NCBI GenBank assembly: GCA_050633245.1 | Contig: JBOEGD010000008.1 | Location: 1 to 64,000, forward strand | Origin: Calditrichia bacterium | Lineage (GTDB): Bacteria > Calditrichota > Calditrichia > RBG-13-44-9 > J075 | Direction: 5' to 3' | DNA length: 64,000 nt | In this document: positions 56,372 to 64,000 of the stretch, piece by piece | Layout of the letters: each line of letters opens with the position of its first letter | Position numbering within the stretch: the stretch's first letter is position 1 | Made by a program: the position numbers and the translations under genes | The notes under the pieces: generated by a model | What the model saw: only the letters and a program-made list of their open reading frames with translations | Databases searched by the model: none | What the model was told of the DNA's origin: nothing

Positions 56372-58633
56372 ATGAAGTGCCCCATAACAGCTCTTATACT
56401 ATTATTACTGACTATTTGCGCTTACTCTCAGCAGATTACGCTCAACGGACAAGTCTCGATTCATAATAGTCAATACCGGACTGGTAGCATTCAATATGTT
56501 ACAGATGCCTACGTCAGTGCTCCTTTCACAACACCGGATGCTACCGATGAGGAAGGGCGCTTCGGATTGGAGTTCGTGGGAATCGACGCCGGAAGCTCAG
56601 TTAAAGTGAATGTAGAAAGAGCTAACTTAGAAGTCGTTAATGCCTACGATTTGCTGAAAGTAATATTGGGCAGAAAACCTCTATTGCGGGTCTTTCTGGC
56701 TGAAAAGGGACGCCTGGAACAAGCTCAGACAGAACTGTATAAGATTAGCAGAGAAGCGCTTTTTGCCAGGAAAAATGCCTTGATTGCCCAACTGCAAGCC
56801 AGCGAATCGGAAAGCAGATCTGTCATTTCTATGCTTGAAGAACGTTTCGGGCAAAAGATCGCCAACCGCTTTGAAGCTGAAGAGATTTTAAACAGTAAAA
56901 TAGAATCATTGGAAAAACGTCTTCCTGAATTTGCCCAGGAATTGGCTTCAGTCAATCTGGACTTCGCATCTGAAATGTATCGGGAATCATATGAGCATTA
57001 CAAGAATGGCGATATTGAACAGGCCATTGCTGTGTTGGATGACGCAAAGTTAGACGAATCTTATCAGGATGCTTTGAGCACCATTCGTGAAGGTGAAAAA
57101 CTGGAGACTATCGGTAAGGAACTTCAGGAAAAGGGGCTCCTGCAAATTGAACAAATTGTTGATAGTTATAAACTGAAAGCAGAGTCCTTCCGTCTGCTCA
57201 TCCAGTATAGAAGTGCAGCGGAAGTATATGAGAAGATCATTCGAATGCTGAAAGAGAGCAAGCCGGAAGAGGATATAGAGCTCGCTGACGTCTATGAAAA
57301 TACAAGCATCTTGTATTTCTTTTTAGGGGCATATACCAAAGCTTATCTATATAGCCAAAGGAATGTGAGCGTTAAAGAAAACCTGTTTGATGCAGGTGAC
57401 GAAAGGCTTACTGTAGCATATAACGTCCAAGGGCTCGTGCTCCAGGCTCAGGGCAACTACAGTGAGGCTGAGCCCTTCTACCGACGCGCATTAAAGATAA
57501 GTGAGTCACAGCTTGGCCCTGAGCATCCGGAGGTTGCCGCCTCTTTGAACAACCTGGCAGCATTGCTACAGGCTCAAGGTCATTATAGCGAAGCCAAGCC
57601 CTTCTACCAACGGGCATTAAAGATAAGAGAGTCGCAGCTGGGCCCTGAGCATCCTTCTGTGGCCGCCTCACTGAACAACCTGGCGGGATTGCTCCAAGCT
57701 CAGGGCAATTATATCGAAGCCGAGCCCCTCTACCGACGCGCGCTTAAGATTATAGAAGTGCAGCTGGGCCTTGAGCATCCTGAGGTTGCCACCTCTTTGA
57801 ACAATTTGGCGCTTTTGCTAGAGTTGCAGCGCCGTTACATTGAAGCCGAGCCTCTCTATCAACGCGCCTTAAGGATTGTCGAGACACAGCTAGGTCGCGA
57901 GAATCCTAAAGTAGCCACTACTTTGAACAATTTGGCGCTTTTGCGAGAGGCTCAGGGCCGTTACATCGAAGCTGAGCCTCTCTATCAACGCGCCTTAAAG
58001 ATTTATAAGTCGCAGCTGGGCCCTGAACACCCCAATGTAGCTAGTGCATTAAACAATTTAGCGTTTTTACTAGAGGCTCAGGGCCGTTACATCGAAGCTG
58101 AGCCCCTCTACAAACGCGCACTAAATATCAAAGAGTCGCAGCTGGGCCGTGAGCATCCTTCTGTGGCTACCTCACTGAACAACCTGTCGGGGTTGTTACT
58201 GGCTCAAAGCAATTATATTGAGGCCGAGCCCCTCTTACAACGCTCGCTAAAGATTTTTGAGTTACAGCTTGGCCCCGAGCATCCGGATACGAAAGTTGTA
58301 AGGTATAAAATTGAAGAACTTAAACGACTAAAATCCGATAACGAATATAAAATGCGTCTAAGCATAATTGTCACAAAAACCGAAACGATGGCAGAACAGG
58401 TACTACAAAAGCTCAAAAATGGCATCAGCTTTGCGCAATTGGCGCGAGAATTTTCAATTGGACCAGGAAAAGAACAGGGTGGTGATATTGGCTTTATTGC
58501 ACCAGAGGATATGTCCGGGGATTTGAAAAAAGCTGTTACAGAGCTAGAGGTAGGGCAATATAGTGATATTATTAAGACAGAACACGGCTACTGTATAATT
58601 GCGAAAACTATAGGTGTTTCGATCTCTAATTAA
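56372..58633 (+). CDS. Secreted TPR protein 1: conserved N-terminal module, 7 kinesin-light-chain-type 42-aa TPRs, C-terminal parvulin PPIase domain
   Basis: Signal peptide; LNNLA...AEPLY.RAL.I.E.QLG.EHP repeats; FAQLAREFS...GGDIG...GQYSDIIKTEHGY. Confidence 0.88.
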   Translation: MKCPITALILLLLTICAYSQQITLNGQVSIHNSQYRTGSIQYVTDAYVSAPFTTPDATDEEGRFGLEFVGIDAGSSVKVNVERANLEVVNAYDLLKVILGRKPLLRVFLAEKGRLEQAQTELYKISREALFARKNALIAQLQASESESRSVISMLEERFGQKIANRFEAEEILNSKIESLEKRLPEFAQELASVNLDFASEMYRESYEHYKNGDIEQAIAVLDDAKLDESYQDALSTIREGEKLETIGKELQEKGLLQIEQIVDSYKLKAESFRLLIQYRSAAEVYEKIIRMLKESKPEEDIELADVYENTSILYFFLGAYTKAYLYSQRNVSVKENLFDAGDERLTVAYNVQGLVLQAQGNYSEAEPFYRRALKISESQLGPEHPEVAASLNNLAALLQAQGHYSEAKPFYQRALKIRESQLGPEHPSVAASLNNLAGLLQAQGNYIEAEPLYRRALKIIEVQLGLEHPEVATSLNNLALLLELQRRYIEAEPLYQRALRIVETQLGRENPKVATTLNNLALLREAQGRYIEAEPLYQRALKIYKSQLGPEHPNVASALNNLAFLLEAQGRYIEAEPLYKRALNIKESQLGREHPSVATSLNNLSGLLLAQSNYIEAEPLLQRSLKIFELQLGPEHPDTKVVRYKIEELKRLKSDNEYKMRLSIIVTKTETMAEQVLQKLKNGISFAQLAREFSIGPGKEQGGDIGFIAPEDMSGDLKKAVTELEVGQYSDIIKTEHGYCIIAKTIGVSISN

Positions 58634-58739
58634 TAAGAGTAATGGTTCTATTAGAAATAAATGTAGTGTAAAAGAGTATGGGGAGTTTGCATTCACAATG
58701 TTCCAATGGAAGCTTGATAAACTTTAAGGAAAAATAGGA

Positions 58740-60848
58740 ATGAAGTACCTCACACTTTTGATGACAATTGTGATATTGAGCTTATGTGCAAGTTCTCAGC
58801 AAATTACGCTCAATGGACAAGTCTCGATTCATAATAGTCAATACAACACTGGTAACATTCAATATGTCGCAGATGCCTATGTCAGCGCTCCTTTCACCAC
58901 ACCAGATAATACAGATAACGAAGGGCGTTTTGCATTAGAGTTCGTGGGAGTTAATTCAGGTACTGCTTTAAAAATATCCGTTGAAAAAGCTGGTTTAGAA
59001 GTCGTGAATGCCTATGATTTGCTGAAGGTGATCCTTGGTCGTAATCCTTTGTTACGTGTATACCTCGCAGAAAAAGGACGACTAGCAGAAGCGCAAACAG
59101 AACTTTATCAGATTAGCAAAGAAGCCCTCTTTTCCCGAAAGGATGAGCTGATAGCTGAACTTCGAGCCAGTGAAGCTGAAAGCAGAGCTGTCATCTCTAT
59201 GCTTGAAGAACATTTCGGCCAAAAGATTGCCAACCGATTTGAAGCTGAAGACTTATTGAACGACAAAATCAAATCTTTAGAAAAGCGCCTTCCCGAGTTC
59301 GCTCAAGAGCTAGCAACAGTGAATTTGGATTTTGCATCTGAACTTTACCTGCGAGCGTACGAGCATTACAAGAAAGGTGAGATCGAAGAAGCCATTGTCG
59401 TCTTAGATAACGCTAAGTTGGAAACATCTTATAAAACCGCATTAGATACTCGACAAGAGGCACTGAGATTAGACTCTATTGTGGTAGATCTCAAGGAGAA
59501 GAGTGAACTACAAATAACCCAAATTGTTGATGGTTATAAGTTGAAGGCAGAGTCATTCTACCTGCTTGTTCAATATCAAAATGCCGAAGTAACTTATAAA
59601 AGAATTATTGGGATACTGCAAGAAACCAGGCATAAGGAAGACCTGGAACTTGCTGATATTTATGAAAAGTTAGCGGAGCTCTATCTCGAATTAGGGGAAT
59701 ATGCGAGTGGAATTGCTTATGTAAAAAAAGCTGTAAACATTATAGAGCATCTTTTGGAATCAAATGATTCCAAGGCCGCTAATTCCTATAATTTATATGC
59801 GGAATTGCTTCGTGCTCAAGGCAAATATGATGAAGCTGAACCTCTCTATTATAGTGCAATCGAAATTGGTGAAATGGCATTAGGAAAAGATCACCTCCAA
59901 GTAGCAGATTATATCAATAATTTAGGTTCATTGATTCAGGCTAAGGGCAATTACAGTGAGGCTGAACCTCTTTATCTAAGAGCGATAGAGATTGGAGAAA
60001 AAAATCTAGGAGAAAATCATCGCCAATTAACAGAGTGGTTAAATAACTTGGCTCTTTTATTTAATCTTCAAGGCAAATACGCTGAAGCAGAACCTCTTTT
60101 CCTCAGAGTGATTGATATCGGGGAGATGTCTTATGGCGAAAATCACCCGGCAATAGCAACCTACGTTAATAACTTAGCCCTATTGTATAAAACTCTAGGT
60201 AGATACGCTGAGGCAGAACCTCTTTACCGCAGTGCGATAAAGATTACTGAGAGGGCTCTGGGCAAAAACCATCCAAGAGTAGCAACATGGGTAAGCAATC
60301 TCGGAGCATTGTTTTGGTCTCAAGGTAAGTATAGTGAAGCAGAACCCCTATTCCTCAGAGCAATAAAAATTGGGGAAATTACGTTAGGTGAAAATCACCC
60401 AGAAGTAGCAACTTGGATAAATAATTTAGGGGCAGTGTTTCACACTCAGGGCAAGTATGAAGAGGCAGAACCTCTCTATCGTCGAGCGATAGGAATTGGG
60501 GAAATGACATTAGGTAAGGAGCACCCCAAAGTAGCAACTTGGGTAAACAATTTAGGAAATGTCTTTGAGGCCCAGGGCAAGTATGGCGAGGCTGAATCCC
60601 ACTACCGCAGCGCAATCGAAATCGGCGAAGTTAGCTTAGGTGAAAATCACTCTAGAGTTGCATTATGGTTAACAAATTTAGCGGGATTATTTGGTAAACA
60701 GGGTGAGTATGGCGAGGCAGTGCCCCTTTGCCGCAGGGCGTTGAAAATTTTTGAATCATCGTTAGGAACGGAGCATTCTAAAACGATAAAAACGCGCGCA
60801 CTTCTTGAAAAGCTGGAAGTTGAAATGAAGCCCTCTAGTAAAAATTAA
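58740..60848 (+). CDS. Secreted TPR protein 2: same N-terminal module, 8 divergent TPRs
   Basis: Signal peptide; VATW.NNLG...AEPL..RAI.IGE..LGENHP repeats. Confidence 0.88.
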   Translation: MKYLTLLMTIVILSLCASSQQITLNGQVSIHNSQYNTGNIQYVADAYVSAPFTTPDNTDNEGRFALEFVGVNSGTALKISVEKAGLEVVNAYDLLKVILGRNPLLRVYLAEKGRLAEAQTELYQISKEALFSRKDELIAELRASEAESRAVISMLEEHFGQKIANRFEAEDLLNDKIKSLEKRLPEFAQELATVNLDFASELYLRAYEHYKKGEIEEAIVVLDNAKLETSYKTALDTRQEALRLDSIVVDLKEKSELQITQIVDGYKLKAESFYLLVQYQNAEVTYKRIIGILQETRHKEDLELADIYEKLAELYLELGEYASGIAYVKKAVNIIEHLLESNDSKAANSYNLYAELLRAQGKYDEAEPLYYSAIEIGEMALGKDHLQVADYINNLGSLIQAKGNYSEAEPLYLRAIEIGEKNLGENHRQLTEWLNNLALLFNLQGKYAEAEPLFLRVIDIGEMSYGENHPAIATYVNNLALLYKTLGRYAEAEPLYRSAIKITERALGKNHPRVATWVSNLGALFWSQGKYSEAEPLFLRAIKIGEITLGENHPEVATWINNLGAVFHTQGKYEEAEPLYRRAIGIGEMTLGKEHPKVATWVNNLGNVFEAQGKYGEAESHYRSAIEIGEVSLGENHSRVALWLTNLAGLFGKQGEYGEAVPLCRRALKIFESSLGTEHSKTIKTRALLEKLEVEMKPSSKN

Positions 60849-60951
60849 ATAGATAAATAGTATATAAAGTTTAGCTAATTATAAGAATACAAATTCGATT
60901 TTTTTGCATGATTACTGCTAAACTCTGAGAAGACTCTAAGGGCAAATAGGT

Positions 60952-63186
60952 ATGAAATATCTCATAACTTTTATGATTATGCTCATAATGAGCTTTTGTG
61001 CCCACTCTCAGCAAATCACACTCAATGGACAAGTCTTAATTCATAACAGTAAATATAAAACTGGTAAGATTGTATACGTTAAGGATGCCTATGTTAGCGC
61101 TCCTTTTACAACACCAGATAATACAGATGATACTGGGCGTTTTGCATTGGAGTTTGTGGGAGTTAATTCCGGAACCGCTTTAAAAATATCTGTTGAAAAA
61201 GCTGGTTTAGAGGTCGTGAATGCCTACGATTTGCTGAATGTGATTCTTGGTCGTAAACCGCTCATGCGCGTTTACCTCGCCGAAAAAGGACGGCTTGCAG
61301 AGGCACAGACAGAACTTTATCAAATTAGCAAAGAAGCACTGCTATCCCGTAAGGATGCTCTTATAGCTCAACTTCGAGCAAGTGAAGCGGAGAGCAAGTC
61401 AGTCGTCTCCATGCTCGAAGAACATTTTGGACAAAAGATTACCAACCGATATGAAGCCGAAGACTTGTTGAATAGTAAAATAGAGTCATTAGAAAAACGC
61501 CTCCCAGAATTCGCTCAGGAACTAGCGACAGTGAATTTGGACTTTGCATCCGAGCTTTACCGGGAAGCCTACGAGCACTACACGAATGGCGATATAGAAA
61601 AAGCCATTGCGGTATTGGACGACGCGAAGTTGGACGAGTCTTATCAAGATGCTTTGAGTACCAGTCGTGAAGGTGAAAAGCTGGAGACAATCGGTAAGGA
61701 ACTGCAGGAAAAGGGGCTCTTGCAGATTGAACAGATTGTAAATAGCTACAAGCTTAAAGCAGAGTCTTTCTATCTGCTTATTCAATACCGAAATGCTGCA
61801 GATGTTTATGAAAAGATCATTCGAATTCTGGAAGAGAGCAAAACAGAAGCCGATATTGAACTCGCTAACGCCTACGAAACCATAACAGGTATTTATTACG
61901 ATTTAGGGAAATATGTTGCCGCTCATTCCTACGCGCAAAAGAATGTGGCTATCAAAGATCGTCTTCTTGAAACAAATGACCCCGATCTCGCCACTGCTTT
62001 AAACAACCTGGCGCTCTTGCTAAAGACTCAGGGCAAATACGCGGAGGCTGAACCGCTCTTCCGCCGGGCGCTGCAGATAAGAGAGTCGCAGCTGGGTGCG
62101 GAGCATCCGTCTATGGCTACCTCACTGAACAACCTTGCAGGACTGCTACGTGAGCAGGGTAAGTATACGGAAGCCGAGCCTCTATACCGCCGGGTGCTGC
62201 AGATAAGAGAGTCGCAGCTGGGTGCGGAGCATCCGGATGTTGCGGGCAGTTTAAACAACCTGGCGGGATTGCTACAGGATCAGGGCAAGTATGCGCAAGC
62301 CGAACCGCTCTTCCGCCGGGCGCTGAAGATTTATGAGTCGCAACTGGGCGCGAAGCATCCGGATGTTGCGGGCAGTTTAAACAACCTGGCGGCATTGCTA
62401 CGGGCTCAGGGCAAATACGCGGAGGCTGAACCGCTCTTCCGCCGGGCGCTGCAGATAAGAGAGTCGCAGCTGGGTGCGGAGCATCCGTCTATGGCTACCT
62501 CACTGAACAACCTTGCAGGACTGCTACGTGAGCAGGGTAAGTATACGGAAGCCGAGCCTCTATACCGCCGGGCACTGCAAATTGATGAAGCTGCTTTGGG
62601 CAGGGATCATCCTGGTGTAGCGACGGACTTAAACAGCCTGGCGCTCTTACTAAGGGAACAGGGCGAGTACGTGCAAGCCGAGCCGCTACACCGCAGGGTA
62701 CTGCAGATATTAAGGAAGCAGTTGGGCTCGGAACATCCGAATGTTGCTGGCTCAATGATTAACCTGGCAGGACTGCTACATGAGCAGGGTAAGTATGCGG
62801 AAGCCGAGCCTCTATACCGCCAGGCACTCGAGATTTATGAGAGGCAGTTGGGCCCGGATCATCCGTCTGTGGCTACCTCACTGAACAACCTGGCGCTCTT
62901 GCTACAGGCTCAGGGCAAATATAGCGAAGCTGAGCCGCTCCACCGTCGGGCACTTAAGATCAAGGAGACGCAGTTGGGCCCGATGCATCCAGATGTGGCT
63001 ACCTCACTTAACAACTTGGCAGGCTTACTCCAGGATCAGAGCAGGTATGTGGAAGCCGAGCCGCTATTTCGAAGAGCTTTGCTTATACGAGAAACGAAGT
63101 TAGGAGCGGAACATCCAAGGACTAAAACGGCACGGGCCAACCTCGATAACTTTCTCATGAAAAAAAGATCTTCTCTCCGAGACTAA
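60952..63186 (+). CDS. Secreted TPR protein 3: same N-terminal module, 9 highly similar TPRs
   Basis: Signal peptide; near-identical 126-bp repeat units. Confidence 0.88.
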   Translation: MKYLITFMIMLIMSFCAHSQQITLNGQVLIHNSKYKTGKIVYVKDAYVSAPFTTPDNTDDTGRFALEFVGVNSGTALKISVEKAGLEVVNAYDLLNVILGRKPLMRVYLAEKGRLAEAQTELYQISKEALLSRKDALIAQLRASEAESKSVVSMLEEHFGQKITNRYEAEDLLNSKIESLEKRLPEFAQELATVNLDFASELYREAYEHYTNGDIEKAIAVLDDAKLDESYQDALSTSREGEKLETIGKELQEKGLLQIEQIVNSYKLKAESFYLLIQYRNAADVYEKIIRILEESKTEADIELANAYETITGIYYDLGKYVAAHSYAQKNVAIKDRLLETNDPDLATALNNLALLLKTQGKYAEAEPLFRRALQIRESQLGAEHPSMATSLNNLAGLLREQGKYTEAEPLYRRVLQIRESQLGAEHPDVAGSLNNLAGLLQDQGKYAQAEPLFRRALKIYESQLGAKHPDVAGSLNNLAALLRAQGKYAEAEPLFRRALQIRESQLGAEHPSMATSLNNLAGLLREQGKYTEAEPLYRRALQIDEAALGRDHPGVATDLNSLALLLREQGEYVQAEPLHRRVLQILRKQLGSEHPNVAGSMINLAGLLHEQGKYAEAEPLYRQALEIYERQLGPDHPSVATSLNNLALLLQAQGKYSEAEPLHRRALKIKETQLGPMHPDVATSLNNLAGLLQDQSRYVEAEPLFRRALLIRETKLGAEHPRTKTARANLDNFLMKKRSSLRD
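62027..62572 (+). repeat. Exact 168-bp direct repeat within the TPR array
   Basis: 62027-62194 identical by eye to 62405-62572; offset 378 = 3 x 126. Confidence 0.85.
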
Positions 63187-63373
63187 TAAATCAATATTTA
63201 CAATAAACAAAGCGAGTGTTGTCCTGTCTTTGTTTAACCCAAACCTACTTTAGTTTGCAATCCCGTTATTCTTTCCTATATTTTTAACATCCCATCTATA
63301 AATATGCAAAGCCACGTCTGAGAGTTGGTCTCTCTAGTAGTGCTCAAGCAGAAAAACCAGAAGGCAATTTGCA

Positions 63374-64000
63374 ATGATTGATATTCAAAATTGGTGGAAA
63401 TACGTAACAGGTATTGGTGTTGTCGTTAGTATCGTTGCTGGTCTTGCAGCAATAAGCGGCTACAGTCTTAAGGACCTATTCGCTTCGTCGCAAGTCGATT
63501 CTAATATTGTAACTGTTCTGGTACATAGTGAGGGCGGGAAAGATGAATTAATTCTTCCTAGCAGAGGAATTGTAAAACTCATCTATGGCGATGCAATTAT
63601 TCCAGAACAGATAAACAATGAGGGAGAAGCAACGTTTAAGCAAATACCCGATCACTTTTTTAATTCCAACGCAAAAGTAGAGATCCTTTTTGATGACCCG
63701 AAGGGTGAGCCGTATCGAGCAGTAAATCATGATTCAGCTTATCAACTTATAAAGGGACAATATATCTCGCTACCTGTTAAGCTCTATGGTTTAGAGGAAA
63801 TAAATGGTATTGTAAAAGATTTTGAAACAGGTGAACCTATAAAAGGGGCGCGTGTTAGTGTGCAACGTGAAGAAACGTATTCAGATGAATATGGAGAATA
63901 TACTTTATCGATTCCCCCAGAGAGACAAAAACAGTTTCAATCGATACGAGCCTCAGCGGTTGGTTATCATTTGTTTGAAAAGGACAGTATTCCTCCTCAG
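63374..64000 (+). CDS. TM + ectodomain paralogue of the CHAT protein lacking the protease domain (runs off the window end)
   Basis: Manual translation MIDIQNWWKYVTGIGVVVSIVAGLAAISG...VTVLVHSEGGKDELILPSRGIVKLIYGDAII.EQIN...DPKGEPYRA...DSIPPQ, colinear with the C-terminal half of 54969..56369. Confidence 0.85.
   Translation, partial: MIDIQNWWKYVTGIGVVVSIVAGLAAISGYSLKDLFASSQVDSNIVTVLVHSEGGKDELILPSRGIVKLIYGDAIIPEQINNEGEATFKQIPDHFFNSNAKVEILFDDPKGEPYRAVNHDSAYQLIKGQYISLPVKLYGLEEINGIVKDFETGEPIKGARVSVQREETYSDEYGEYTLSIPPERQKQFQSIRASAVGYHLFEKDSIPPQ

Noticed and set aside
54969-63186. Craspase/type III-E or NLR (STAND) system
   Set aside because: No Cas7-11, no P-loop NACHT/NB-ARC domain; the TPR proteins carry signal peptides and are separate from the CHAT gene.

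Overview
Bacterial chromosomal window of moderate GC. The secreted proteins with FlgD/T9SS-like C-terminal tails, GWxTD protein, bS22 and Gln-first mature termini suggest an FCB-group organism such as Calditrichaeota; this is inference only. Layout: (1) 0.2-16 kb, accessory secreted and signalling genes: FG-GAP/ASPIC protein, C25/PorU-like protein apparently lacking its catalytic Cys, two paralogous MORN proteins, a GAF sigma54 activator and a receptor-like Ser/Thr kinase with an integrin-like ectodomain. (2) 16-54 kb, mostly housekeeping genes: xseAB, an unannotated bS22, HU, an SbcCD/YhaNO-like pair, rpsT, dgt, M14 peptidase, ECF sigma/anti-sigma, aminotransferases, smc, a symporter and a two-component system interrupted by a four-helix-bundle gene in inverted repeats. 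(3) tRNA-Leu(CAG) followed by an accessory cluster. Best candidates for new biology: (a) that cluster, encoding a membrane-anchored caspase-like (CHAT) protease with an extracytoplasmic domain, three mosaic secreted TPR proteins and a protease-less paralogue missing from the ORF track, possibly a transmembrane recognition/proteolytic signalling system; (b) a candidate ~75-nt sigma54-dependent sRNA with a CsrA-consensus-like loop, with paired TGTCA-N6-TGACA sites that recur upstream of the neighbouring activator; (c) heptamer/inverted-repeat structures, including those around the four-helix-bundle gene. All family calls are by-eye motif recognition; no database searches were run.
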